From positions 248,001 through 312,000 of IMG/VR virus record IMGVR_UViG_3300042308_001511: a stretch of DNA of 64,000 nucleotides; one strand, given 5' to 3'. This document shows, piece by piece, positions 54,474-63,270 of this stretch. The position numbers were made by a program, and so were the translations under genes. Position 1 is the first letter of the stretch. The number at the start of each line of letters is the position of its first letter. The notes under the pieces were generated by a model. That model was given only the letters and a program-made list of their open reading frames with translations. It made no database searches and was not told the origin of the DNA.

Positions 54474-55724
54474 TTATTGTTTCTTCTTTGTCTTCTTTTT
54501 AGTTGGTATTGGCGGTAAAGATTTGAACTCTGTCAGTGTAGGCTCGAGTCCTTTCATTATCGGCCTCAGGTACGACACGTGTTCCTTTTCGTACTGTTCT
54601 ATTATCCAACTTTCTTTAAACTCTTTCTCTATCTTTGTGACCAGGTCGCCGAACTCTCGGTCCAACTCTGTGAAGACTTTGACAATCTCCGGGTTCCCCA
54701 TCGTTTCTTTGTATATTTCTGGGTAATTCTGTTTGGCGTAGAGTAGGTACCATCCCGTGAATGTCCTGAACTCGTACCAAGCGAAGTAGGTCGATAGGCA
54801 GCCTTCCTCGAATATTTTCAACGACACCTTGTCACCTTTCACCTTTGCTGTCTGGTATCCTATCCAGTTAGACCGGGTTCCGTTATAGTATGCAGAGAAC
54901 TCGTCCATCATTCCGTATATGCCCCACGAGTTGGCACTTACTTTCGAGTTGGCACTTACGTAGGTGCCGTACCTGAATATCTTTGATGGTGCGTCCTTTG
55001 GAACTATGGCTATGAACTCGCATGAATTGTAAGGTTTAGTGTGTCTCGCCCATAGGTCGTGGCCGGGTGTTATCATATAGCGGTGTCGAAGATCTTTGTC
55101 CCATCCCCAGTCTATCTTGTTGTAGTGATGTGTCGTCTCGTGTAGTAGCGTGTTGAGTTTATGTGGAAAACTTACACTGGTGTCACCACCGTATGGTATA
55201 GTCTTTCCATTTACCACAGAGTTGTAACATCCGGGACCGCAGTACGCACTATCTACTACTATCATATACTCTGGACACCACTTTTTGATACTGGCGATGG
55301 CTTTGTTCTTTATATACTCTTGACTTTGCTTGATGTAGAGCTCGTTGTTCTTTCTTATCCATTCTAGTCTTTCCCATTCCTTTATGGTTGGAAACAAATT
55401 GGCTTCGTATTTCTTTATTCGTTTTGGATTGAATATTCCTTCGTAGAGATCGTTTTTCTTGTCGTCGTATCGCATGAACTTGGGAACCTTACCTTTCATA
55501 ACTATTCCGAAACGTTTTATTATGTATGTGCCGGAGTCGATCTTCTCGATCGGTATTCTGACATCCTTTGGTTTGTATGGTTTTTGATAAGAGTGTGTAA
55601 CAAAGGTTCCGTCGCTGTAGAACCTTATGGCTTTTATTGGTTTGTTTCCGGTTAGGTATACTTTGGAAGTGTCTGGTTGTGCCAGTGATATAAGTGGTAA
55701 CAGAAGTAGTATAATGAGTTTCAT
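54474..55724 (-). CDS. Secreted zincin-like metallopeptidase
   Basis: Signal peptide MKLIILLLLPLISLA; LLHETTH; MDEFSAY. Confidence 0.6.
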   Translation of the reverse strand: MKLIILLLLPLISLAQPDTSKVYLTGNKPIKAIRFYSDGTFVTHSYQKPYKPKDVRIPIEKIDSGTYIIKRFGIVMKGKVPKFMRYDDKKNDLYEGIFNPKRIKKYEANLFPTIKEWERLEWIRKNNELYIKQSQEYIKNKAIASIKKWCPEYMIVVDSAYCGPGCYNSVVNGKTIPYGGDTSVSFPHKLNTLLHETTHHYNKIDWGWDKDLRHRYMITPGHDLWARHTKPYNSCEFIAIVPKDAPSKIFRYGTYVSANSKVSANSWGIYGMMDEFSAYYNGTRSNWIGYQTAKVKGDKVSLKIFEEGCLSTYFAWYEFRTFTGWYLLYAKQNYPEIYKETMGNPEIVKVFTELDREFGDLVTKIEKEFKESWIIEQYEKEHVSYLRPIMKGLEPTLTEFKSLPPIPTKKKTKKKQ

Positions 55725-55746
55725 ATCCTTCAAATGTAAGGATATA

Positions 55747-56220
55747 TTAGTATTTACAGTGTATGTTTAGATAGATACCTTTCATTTGTGCATTGATATA
55801 TACAAATCGAATAAAGTAGGTTGTATTCTTTTTTATGTAGGTATATTCTTCAAATGAAGTAACCTCGCTTAAGAAGTTGGATTCATTTATATCTACTTTG
55901 ACTTTTGTTCTATCTTTTGGTAAATCTTTGGCAAATTTATTTAAAACATTAGTAATAGAATCTGATGAGACATTACTTTTTAGATCAACACCATCATAAT
56001 CATTAAGATAATAAAGCCCGGTGAATCCTTTTGTTTTGACCATATCGACTATTATGTCGATTTTTTTTGAATAAAGAATGTCCAAAAGGCGGTTTTTATA
56101 TTTGTTATGATTGGCAAATACTTTTGTAGGTTGCCATGTATCTGAAGCGTCTATATCTGTACTATCTGATTGTGAGTACAAATTCAATGCTATCAATAAG
56201 AATAAAGTTAAAATTTTCAT
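55747..56220 (-). CDS. Secreted hypothetical protein
   Basis: Signal peptide MKILTLFLLIALNLYSQ. Confidence 0.6.
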   Translation of the reverse strand: MKILTLFLLIALNLYSQSDSTDIDASDTWQPTKVFANHNKYKNRLLDILYSKKIDIIVDMVKTKGFTGLYYLNDYDGVDLKSNVSSDSITNVLNKFAKDLPKDRTKVKVDINESNFLSEVTSFEEYTYIKKNTTYFIRFVYINAQMKGIYLNIHCKY

Positions 56221-56553
56221 AGTAGGCTGCCTATTTTTATGTCTCTTATTTCCTGTTCGGTCAGAGCGAATTTTATTTCTGTTGCTTGTTGGTGCATTAG
56301 TATTTCGATTTCGGTCGCTGATCTGGTTTCCCTACTCTTTATGCTTATAGCGTTGGTAAACCACCAAGGCCACGTATTCTCACCGTCGTTTAAACAACAA
56401 TGAGGTTTCGCTCCAGTGATTGTTCATATCGGTTAGTACATATGCACCAAGAGACCATTGATCGTCCTCTATTTGTGTCCTTAAAGGACGGAATATGGCG
56501 ATTCCACCTTTGGTCTCACACACGTATGTTTCTCCTTCTATGAACACTCTCAT
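56217..56553 (-). pseudogene. Frameshifted C-tag paralog of 49678..50031
   Basis: MRVFIEGETY..NHWSETS in frame 0; +1 frame NDGENTWP..EIRDIKIGSLL*, stop coupled to the ATG at 56220. Confidence 0.65.
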
Positions 56554-56563
56554 TGTTTATCCT

Positions 56564-56800
56564 TTATTCAATTCCAATTTCTTTTAGTTTAAGTTCCCTG
56601 AACTCTTCCTGTGTCACGAACCTAGTTCTTAGGTAGTCATTGCTTATACCCATATCGTTGATGAGCGTGTAGAATCTTATGTGATATGTTTCGATTACGT
56701 AGTATGTCTTCCCATAGGTAAGCTCTTGACCTCCATTTTGTCCGAATTTGAGTATGTCGGTCTCGCAGTCTATGCAGACGAGTGGTTTTCCTTTCATCAT
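56564..56800 (-). CDS. C-tag SH3-like protein (LTYGKxY family)
   Basis: LVCI..LTYGKTYYV..INDMG..RF; ends FRELKLKEIGIE. Confidence 0.7.
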   Translation of the reverse strand: MMKGKPLVCIDCETDILKFGQNGGQELTYGKTYYVIETYHIRFYTLINDMGISNDYLRTRFVTQEEFRELKLKEIGIE

Positions 56801-56801
56801 C

Positions 56802-57128
56802 TTACTTTTTTGATTCGTGCCACTCCCGTTTGTTGGTGTATGTCTTCCTGTGTTCGTCTATCATACCAAGTGCCTCTTCGTATTCGTAGATCCTTTCCTT
56901 CTCGAAGATTTCGAGTGTCTCACCACCCAATCCTCTCTTAACGTAGAGTTTGTGTGGGTTCGCCACACAGGTCTCAATCTCGTTTCCTTCTCCTGTGTAG
57001 TCTCTAACATATCCGTAAGGCTTGTCGATCAACTGTGCGAAGTTTTTCTTGCTGTTCGTTGCGCAGATGATTAGTACCTCTACACCTCTTATCAGAGTCG
57101 TTAGGTTGTATTGTTTTAGTTTTGCCAT
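56802..57128 (-). CDS. Hypothetical protein
   Basis: 108-aa ORF. Confidence 0.55.
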   Translation of the reverse strand: MAKLKQYNLTTLIRGVEVLIICATNSKKNFAQLIDKPYGYVRDYTGEGNEIETCVANPHKLYVKRGLGGETLEIFEKERIYEYEEALGMIDEHRKTYTNKREWHESKK

Positions 57129-57148
57129 ACTGTGAATATAAGGATTTT

Positions 57149-57700
57149 TTAGAAGTTCTTGTATGTCTCGAAAGATTTTCCGGTTGTGTCACCACCGTAG
57201 TTGTCAACTTCTTCACCATCGTAGAACACCTCGCCTACTATATCTCCGTAGAAGTATTGGTCTATACCTATCTCGTCATAGATCTTGATTTTCATTTTGG
57301 TGATGTCGAACTCGTCCTCTGTTGTTATGTCTCCTTGGAAGAAACTACCTTTCTCGAAAGAGATACACATAAGAAGATCCTTCGTCTCGTCGACTGGGAC
57401 GTACTCATACTCTACAAGTTCGAAGTCTTCTGTGTCGTGGTCGTGTAGGCTCTCGGAGTCTATTGTAAAAACAGTTTCGCCTTCTTCGTCGGTGATTTCT
57501 ATGGTGTATCCACCGGACGCGCCCCATTTGTGGAACTGGTTATCTATCTCGTGCCAGCCACCAATCTCGTCTAAGTCTTCATCTACTGCCTCAACGAGTT
57601 CTTTGTAGGGGTTGTTCAGTATTTTCTTTATGTCTTCGTTAACGGATCCGATGGTGACTTCACTACCATATCCGCTGATTGATATTTTGTAAGTTCTCAT
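57149..57700 (-). CDS. Acidic hypothetical protein
   Basis: 183-aa D/E-rich ORF. Confidence 0.6.
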   Translation of the reverse strand: MRTYKISISGYGSEVTIGSVNEDIKKILNNPYKELVEAVDEDLDEIGGWHEIDNQFHKWGASGGYTIEITDEEGETVFTIDSESLHDHDTEDFELVEYEYVPVDETKDLLMCISFEKGSFFQGDITTEDEFDITKMKIKIYDEIGIDQYFYGDIVGEVFYDGEEVDNYGGDTTGKSFETYKNF

Positions 57701-57722
57701 ATTGTAAATATAAGGAAGTTTT

Positions 57723-58049
57723 TCATAGTATAAGTTCGATCCTGGCGTCTCGTTTTTCTTGTTCGGTCACTTTATGCTTAACGAACCTTTCTTCGAATTT
57801 CCTTGCGTTTTCTTCGTCATCGTTGTGATACTCGATCCAGTGTGAGTTATTTGTGCTATATCTGAATCGTTCTTCGAGTTCATTCGAACTTGCATACTTC
57901 ATCACTGCCCAGTTCGTTATAACTCCCTGTATGGTGGTTATCTGTCCGTTTTCTGCGATGTGAATGACACATAGCCAGTAGCTAAGCATCTCACTGAACA
58001 TAGAACCTCTCTTTGGGTTAAGCAGTGCGTTTTTGGTTTTGTTTTCCAT
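57723..58049 (-). CDS. C-tag hypothetical protein
   Basis: ends KRDARIELIL. Confidence 0.65.
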   Translation of the reverse strand: MENKTKNALLNPKRGSMFSEMLSYWLCVIHIAENGQITTIQGVITNWAVMKYASSNELEERFRYSTNNSHWIEYHNDDEENARKFEERFVKHKVTEQEKRDARIELIL

Positions 58050-58062
58050 TTCTTCTTATGTT

Positions 58063-58302
58063 TTAGATTCCGAGTGAATCGATCCTCTGTTCTCTGTATT
58101 CTGCCATATCCATAAAGTCTGACCTGCGGCGGACCCTGTATTGACCGTCTTCACAGGTGACGATGACAAGTTTTGGTCCTAGCTCACCAGTTGGTGTGTA
58201 CGTTGAAGGGCAGTCTGATGTCTCGTAAGCCTTTCTAGCTTTCATTAACCATACTCCGTTACCATCCTTCCAATCGTGTTTGGATATCATTATATCGTTC
58301 AT
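58063..58302 (-). CDS. C-tag protein (paralog of 14629..14853)
   Basis: ends YREQRIDSLGI. Confidence 0.7.
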   Translation of the reverse strand: MNDIMISKHDWKDGNGVWLMKARKAYETSDCPSTYTPTGELGPKLVIVTCEDGQYRVRRRSDFMDMAEYREQRIDSLGI

Positions 58303-58514
58303 ATTCCTAGTTTTTCCAGTACGAGTTGTCTTTTTTCCACAGTTGATATGAATAGTTCTCTATCGTATATTGCATAGTCGGTTTCGCCGTTTCCCCAGTA
58401 TATTGCGTAGTAGTTTACTCTATCCACCGCATCGTACCATTCGCCAATCTTTATGTCGGTGTGATAGCCGGATCTGTTTGATACACACTGAACTTTTATC
58501 CTCTGTCGTTTCAT
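58299..58514 (-). CDS. C-tag SH3-like protein
   Basis: VQCVSN..IGEWYDA; ends KRQLVLEKLGI. Confidence 0.65.
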   Translation of the reverse strand: MKRQRIKVQCVSNRSGYHTDIKIGEWYDAVDRVNYYAIYWGNGETDYAIYDRELFISTVEKRQLVLEKLGI

Positions 58515-58777
58515 ATTCCGAGTTCTTTTATCTTTTGGTCTCTTAGTCGTATTTTGTATTCGTCGAGATTTATGGTGATGTCTTTTTTATAGGTGAAATG
58601 TTTCTTCATACCTTGTACGTTCTTTATGATAGTAAAGTAATAGTTCACCATTAGTAAGTCTTCGGTAAAGTCTAATTGTATTTCGTAGATTTTATCGATG
58701 ACTATTTTATCTCTTTCTATCGTAGGCTCTTTTTCGGTTATAAAGTCCTTTATCAGTTCGTTGTCGTATTCGATCAT
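58511..58777 (-). CDS. C-tag hypothetical protein
   Basis: ends LRDQKIKELGI. Confidence 0.65.
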   Translation of the reverse strand: MIEYDNELIKDFITEKEPTIERDKIVIDKIYEIQLDFTEDLLMVNYYFTIIKNVQGMKKHFTYKKDITINLDEYKIRLRDQKIKELGI

Positions 58778-59028
58778 TCTATTCCTAGTTCATCGAGTTT
58801 TCTGTCTCTTTGTCTCTGTGCCTCGCTGAGGTTGATTAGTCGGCCTCTTGTGTGTGAATTTGGGCTGTGGAAGTTTTTGTTGTGACTCGACGTCCACGGT
58901 ATGTCGAGCTCGCTGGACCAAATCCATATTCTATCGTACGTGAAGTTCTTGTCGTCGAGTTCCTCTATCGTGAACGTCTTTTCTGGCTGTGTTTCCCAGT
59001 ACACGAGGTCTCCTACCTGGTAGTTCAT
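58774..59028 (-). CDS. C-tag SH3-like protein
   Basis: YQVGDLVYW; ends QRDRKLDELGIE; TATATTCG at 59088-59095. Confidence 0.65.
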   Translation of the reverse strand: MNYQVGDLVYWETQPEKTFTIEELDDKNFTYDRIWIWSSELDIPWTSSHNKNFHSPNSHTRGRLINLSEAQRQRDRKLDELGIE

Positions 59029-59168
59029 ATCCCTATTACTTTTACGTGCGACTTTATATCCATTGGTGTTCCTGCTGTTTTATTTTCCGAATATAAGTAA
59101 ATAATATGTAACTGACAAATTATAGTTATTTTATTTTTAATATATAAGATATAAAAAAAATATTTATA

Positions 59169-60341
59169 ATGGCAACATTTACCACATCAAAAACTTCTGG
59201 AAGTATATATGTATCTGTTAATACAACAACGGGTTATTGGATGAGTTTCCATAATGGAAGTTATAATGGAAATTCAAACACCCCACAGATATATAGTGAT
59301 TCTGGTACCTTCAATTATTGGGGTAAAAGATTGGATGTAATTGCAACAAATGGTGAATTTACAATTGTCGCGTGTGATGTTAATGGAAACATTGGTGGTG
59401 ATATAACTTTGTTGAATTTATATTCTAGTTCTGATATAATTGCGTTTGACGGAACTGGTTTGACCGCTTTGACTAAATTGAGTATAGAGGGTGCATCGAA
59501 TATTAGAGGTCAGCTAACATCTTTTGATGCGACTGGTATGACTTCATTGAATTGGTTATACTTAAGGAGTAATTTACTAACAAATATAAACGTAACTGGT
59601 TTAGTAAATCTAACTAAGTTAGTGTTGGATGGTAATCAATTAACTTGGGGAGGTATAAGTGGTTTAAATACTTTGAGTAGTTTAACTTGGTTAAACTTAA
59701 ATGGTAACTTATTAACTACATTTGATGGTTCAGGTTTGAGCTCGTTATTACAACTTGATTTGTTCTACAATCAGGTAACAACATCTGGAATAACTAATTT
59801 ACCAAATACATTGGTTAAATTGAATTTACGTTATAATAGACTTACATCATTTGATGCTACTAGTTTAGTAAACTTAACTGAACTTAGTTTACAGATGAAT
59901 CAAATAACATCTGTAAATTTATCTGGCCTAACAAAATTGATTTTACTTAATTTATCTGATAATTTATTGACAGATATAAATGTTTCTGGATTGACTAGTT
60001 TGAAATATATAAATCTTACTGGTAATCGTTTATCTACAATGGATGTAAGTGGTCTAACTAATTTAGTTGATTTGAGATTATGGCGTAATTCGTCTATAAC
60101 ACCTAGTGTTAACAATCAGATATTACAACAATTGGATCAAAATGGTGCTATTGGTGATACTTCTACTAGTAAGGGTTACTTTCCAGCAAATGGTGTTTTT
60201 TGGTCTAATAATGGTAGAACTTCTGTTAGTAATGTAAGTTTCAATAATTTGACGAATAAAAATTGGGAATTTGATGGTTTGGATTTGATTGCGAGTCCAA
60301 CTCGTCAGTTATCGGGCACTAAGGACAGAAAAAACTTATAA
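59169..60341 (+). CDS. Leucine-rich repeat (internalin-like) protein
   Basis: About 10 repeats of LTxLxLxxNxLTxxDxSG; TAATATATAA at 59138-59147. Confidence 0.85.
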   Translation: MATFTTSKTSGSIYVSVNTTTGYWMSFHNGSYNGNSNTPQIYSDSGTFNYWGKRLDVIATNGEFTIVACDVNGNIGGDITLLNLYSSSDIIAFDGTGLTALTKLSIEGASNIRGQLTSFDATGMTSLNWLYLRSNLLTNINVTGLVNLTKLVLDGNQLTWGGISGLNTLSSLTWLNLNGNLLTTFDGSGLSSLLQLDLFYNQVTTSGITNLPNTLVKLNLRYNRLTSFDATSLVNLTELSLQMNQITSVNLSGLTKLILLNLSDNLLTDINVSGLTSLKYINLTGNRLSTMDVSGLTNLVDLRLWRNSSITPSVNNQILQQLDQNGAIGDTSTSKGYFPANGVFWSNNGRTSVSNVSFNNLTNKNWEFDGLDLIASPTRQLSGTKDRKNL

Positions 60342-60449
60342 ATTTGTTATATCACCTACGGGATTTCCATTTAGATTTACCTCATTTTCTTGTGATAAGG
60401 AAAAAACAGAGATAGATAAAAAGATGAAAGTGATGATAAACGTTTTCAT
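60336..60449 (-). CDS. 37-aa signal-peptide ORF
   Basis: MKTFIITFIFLSISVFSLSQENEVNLNGNPVGDITNL; promoter at 60485-60492. Confidence 0.35.
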   Translation of the reverse strand: MKTFIITFIFLSISVFSLSQENEVNLNGNPVGDITNL

Positions 60450-60530
60450 ATTTGAATTTTTTAGGTGAGTAATTATCTACACAACAAATATAATGAAAAT
60501 ATTTTATAAAGTGGTATTCGGTAGAAAATA

Positions 60531-61253
60531 TCAATTACATATTGCCTTTATTAGTGCTGCCTCTTGCTTCGGGGATATCCTTCCGTTACGGTCGTAGTAT
60601 TCCAATACACTAGATACGAATTGTGATGATTTGTGGTTTATCTCACGGCTCTTCACCAGGAACTTGGCTTGTCTTATACAATCTATACCTTCTGATTTGT
60701 CGTCGAGTAGCGAGTTTATCTTCGCGTCTCTCATATCGGATTTGTCTGACTCTATGTAGTCGAGGAATGCAATCCATTCGCATTCCTCCATCGTGTAGTA
60801 GCTTTTGTTGAACGTAGATATGATTATCTTTATCTCGTTCTTATCCTGTATGCAGTAGAAACTATTTATCGGACAGTTCTTGTAATTAATGAGTATTCGG
60901 TCTCCTTCCTTCTTACAAAAGCTTAGGTCATAGGGGTTCAAGCTATCAAAATTCAACTTCTGTGGATAGGAGTAGTCGACTTCGCAGTTTCCGAATACTT
61001 CCATTGTTTTTATGAACTCCTCGTCAGATATGTCTTCTATTCTCTTACCTATGTTCAGTATCTTCTCTACGGGCTTCCACCACGCGGTCCAACTTATGCA
61101 TTCCGGTTCTAAAATCGCCTCAGCTCCTCGCATCTCGGCAATACCCCTAACCTTACGTGTCTGCCAGACTTGTACGGTCTGATACCAGCCAGCTGTGTTC
61201 ACCTTTCCAAAGTCTTCTTCTGCAGAGAATGATATGTAGAAGTTTGTTACCAT
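60531..61253 (-). CDS. Hypothetical protein with internal C-tag-like helix
   Basis: MRDAKINSLLDD before a short C-terminal module. Confidence 0.6.
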   Translation of the reverse strand: MVTNFYISFSAEEDFGKVNTAGWYQTVQVWQTRKVRGIAEMRGAEAILEPECISWTAWWKPVEKILNIGKRIEDISDEEFIKTMEVFGNCEVDYSYPQKLNFDSLNPYDLSFCKKEGDRILINYKNCPINSFYCIQDKNEIKIIISTFNKSYYTMEECEWIAFLDYIESDKSDMRDAKINSLLDDKSEGIDCIRQAKFLVKSREINHKSSQFVSSVLEYYDRNGRISPKQEAALIKAICN

Positions 61254-61600
61254 CTACTTTCTATATCTGTGGTCTCGTTGATTATGAATTGTGATCCGTC
61301 TTCTATTGATTCACCTGATTGTAGGAATAAATCTTCACTTTTCCACGCGCTGTTGTAGAACTCTTCATATTCGGGTTCTATTAATGGTGCTATACTATCT
61401 TGAGTCTCTGGATCTAATTCGTTCCAAAGATCTTCGTCGTCATTTAGTTCATAAAGTAAAGTATCTATGTATTGTACGAAATCTTTTTCGGTTGTGCCTT
61501 CGTAAGGAATTGATATTTCCCTGAACTTCTCTGGATCCAGAGTAATATGTTCTGATTGTCTTAGAACGGTGTATCGTTCTACTTTTCGAATTGTTATCAT
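61247..61600 (-). CDS. Acidic hypothetical protein
   Basis: TATATTTG at 61619-61626. Confidence 0.6.
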   Translation of the reverse strand: MITIRKVERYTVLRQSEHITLDPEKFREISIPYEGTTEKDFVQYIDTLLYELNDDEDLWNELDPETQDSIAPLIEPEYEEFYNSAWKSEDLFLQSGESIEDGSQFIINETTDIESRW

Positions 61601-61709
61601 ATTTTTTTATTTAGTATTCAAATATAACTATTTATTTTGAATTGTAAAAAGAAATATGGAAAGACTGTCGGGTTTGTGTGTTTATATATATCCTAAACTA
61701 ATAAAACAT

Positions 61710-62285
61710 ATGTTATCCAGAGAAAAGATGATTAGTATGATTAGGAGGTCACAAACCTACATATCTGTATTACTATTCACTTTTGTTTTCATATTCTGTT
61801 GGAAGACTACGAATCTCGATATAACAAAGATAGAGTTATCGAAATGGGGTCAATCTGGATTTGTTTCTATTATATGGAATAGTGCGGTATTAATTTTCTC
61901 ATTATCAATTGCGGTAAATTCATGGTTGTATATGAGGGGACATAAACGACTTAAGCATCGTAGGAAGTTTTATATTCTTTTCGCGTTTCTTCCGATGGCA
62001 TTGGCTGTGGTTGGTTTATTTGATGCGTTTTCACATCCTTATATTCACTCGGTTGCAGCAGGTCTTTATTTCTTCGTATATCCACTTACCATTTTTCTTT
62101 TTGCACATTTCAATAGAAAGAATATGCAATATTTACAATGGACTACACATATAACTTTAGCGGTATTGATGGCAATTGCACCAATATCATTTATGCTTTT
62201 GTTTAAAGGAAAGGCAATAGCAGAAACGGTACACACATTGCTCGTAATCATATACAATGTAATGATTGCTAGACACGAGCATTAA
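61710..62285 (+). CDS. Multi-pass membrane protein (DUF998/Frag1-like)
   Basis: 5-6 TM segments, IHSVAAGLYF; late-like motif at 61681-61691. Confidence 0.6.
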   Translation: MLSREKMISMIRRSQTYISVLLFTFVFIFCWKTTNLDITKIELSKWGQSGFVSIIWNSAVLIFSLSIAVNSWLYMRGHKRLKHRRKFYILFAFLPMALAVVGLFDAFSHPYIHSVAAGLYFFVYPLTIFLFAHFNRKNMQYLQWTTHITLAVLMAIAPISFMLLFKGKAIAETVHTLLVIIYNVMIARHEH

Positions 62286-62303
62286 TAAAAATAAAATAAT
62301 AAA

Positions 62304-62969
62304 ATGAAAAATCAAAAATGGAAATACAATCAGAAGGCAGAAGACGCGTGGCAAGTTTTGAGAATACAAAGTGAGTTTATAAAGGGATTCGATGAATTAT
62401 CTGAGTTAACTCCATGTATATCGGTCTTCGGATCTGCTAGGACTGATAAAGACGACAAATATTATAAAGAAGCAACTAGATTGTCTGAGATGATTGTAAA
62501 AAGTGGATATGGTGTAATAACTGGTGGTGGACCAGGAATAATGGAGGCTGCAAATATGGGTGCGTATGGTAATGATGGTAAATCTGTGGGTTTGGAAATT
62601 GAATTACCATTTGAGACAAGTGCTAATAAGTATATTGATAAATTGGTTTCGTGTAGGTATTTCTTTACACGAAAAGTATTCTTTTTGAAGTATTCACAAG
62701 CATTTGTTGGTTTTCCGGGTGGTTTTGGAACATTAGATGAATTGTTCGAAACATTGACACTTATGCAGACTGGACATCTAAGGATGTTGCCAATTGTTTT
62801 AGTTGGTAAAGACTATTGGAAAGGGATGATTAAATGGATTAAGAAAACTATGTTAGAGGATGGTAAAGTTTCTAAAGAAGATTTAAACCTTTTCAAAGTT
62901 GTTGATACTGCAGAAGAAGCGATGGAGTATATTTTATCGAAATTGGAAGAGAACAAACCTAACTTTTAG
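62304..62969 (+). CDS. LOG-family (TIGR00730) nucleotide phosphoribohydrolase
   Basis: FGSAR, ITGGGPGIMEAANMGA, IELPFE, FFTRK, PGGFGTLDELFE. Confidence 0.93.
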   Translation: MKNQKWKYNQKAEDAWQVLRIQSEFIKGFDELSELTPCISVFGSARTDKDDKYYKEATRLSEMIVKSGYGVITGGGPGIMEAANMGAYGNDGKSVGLEIELPFETSANKYIDKLVSCRYFFTRKVFFLKYSQAFVGFPGGFGTLDELFETLTLMQTGHLRMLPIVLVGKDYWKGMIKWIKKTMLEDGKVSKEDLNLFKVVDTAEEAMEYILSKLEENKPNF

Positions 62970-63027
62970 TAACTGGTTTTGGTGTATAGTTTATAATATA
63001 TAGTTTATAAAAAAAAATAAATCTACG

Positions 63028-63237
63028 ATGATAAAATTGAAGAAGTTTGAGGAGTTGGATTACGAACAGCTTAGAGACCAAACGAATAGAGACTTCCACG
63101 GAAGTAAATCAGATACTGTTGAATATCCGGATGTTAGGAATATGAATAGGGATGAGTTGAAGGACTATCTTGAAACTATTGGTGTTCCATCAAACATACT
63201 CGATGAAACTGTGGATAATATACTTAGTGCACTATAA
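63028..63237 (+). CDS. N-tag small protein
   Basis: MIKLKKFEEL; TAATATATAG at 62994-63003. Confidence 0.6.
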   Translation: MIKLKKFEELDYEQLRDQTNRDFHGSKSDTVEYPDVRNMNRDELKDYLETIGVPSNILDETVDNILSAL

Positions 63238-63238
63238 T

Positions 63239-63270
63239 AAAAATACCTTCCAATTGGAAGGTATTTTTTT
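63239..63270. terminator. Bidirectional terminator
   Basis: AAAAATACCTTCC-AATT-GGAAGGTATTTTT between convergent genes. Confidence 0.85.

Larger units (their letters stand above)
4607..63003. promoter_or_regulatory. Dispersed putative late promoter (T/A)AATATATA / TTTATATATA
   Basis: Copies at 4607, 10036, 11478, 13992, 22277, 26723, 28474, 36637, 37866, 39382, 39448, 44688, 49394, 50631, 59138, 61681, 62994, a few to about 20 nt upstream of start codons; analogous to T4 late TATAAATA. Confidence 0.7.

Noticed and set aside
56388-56394. Programmed -1 frameshift at a TTTAAAC slippery heptamer
   Set aside because: The initiating frame already reads TTT AAA C; the paralog-restoring shift is +1, the wrong direction for this signal.
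40299-59028. Diversity-generating retroelement behind the paralog families
   Set aside because: No reverse transcriptase and no TR/VR pair differing only at adenines; paralogs are diverged at all bases.
418-62369. Numerous antisense or overlapping ORFs in the six-frame track (e.g. 11591..12208, 15758..16147, 39254 extension, 45389..45709, 57122..57448)
   Set aside because: Shadows of real genes on the opposite strand or frame, with no promoter, motif or family support.
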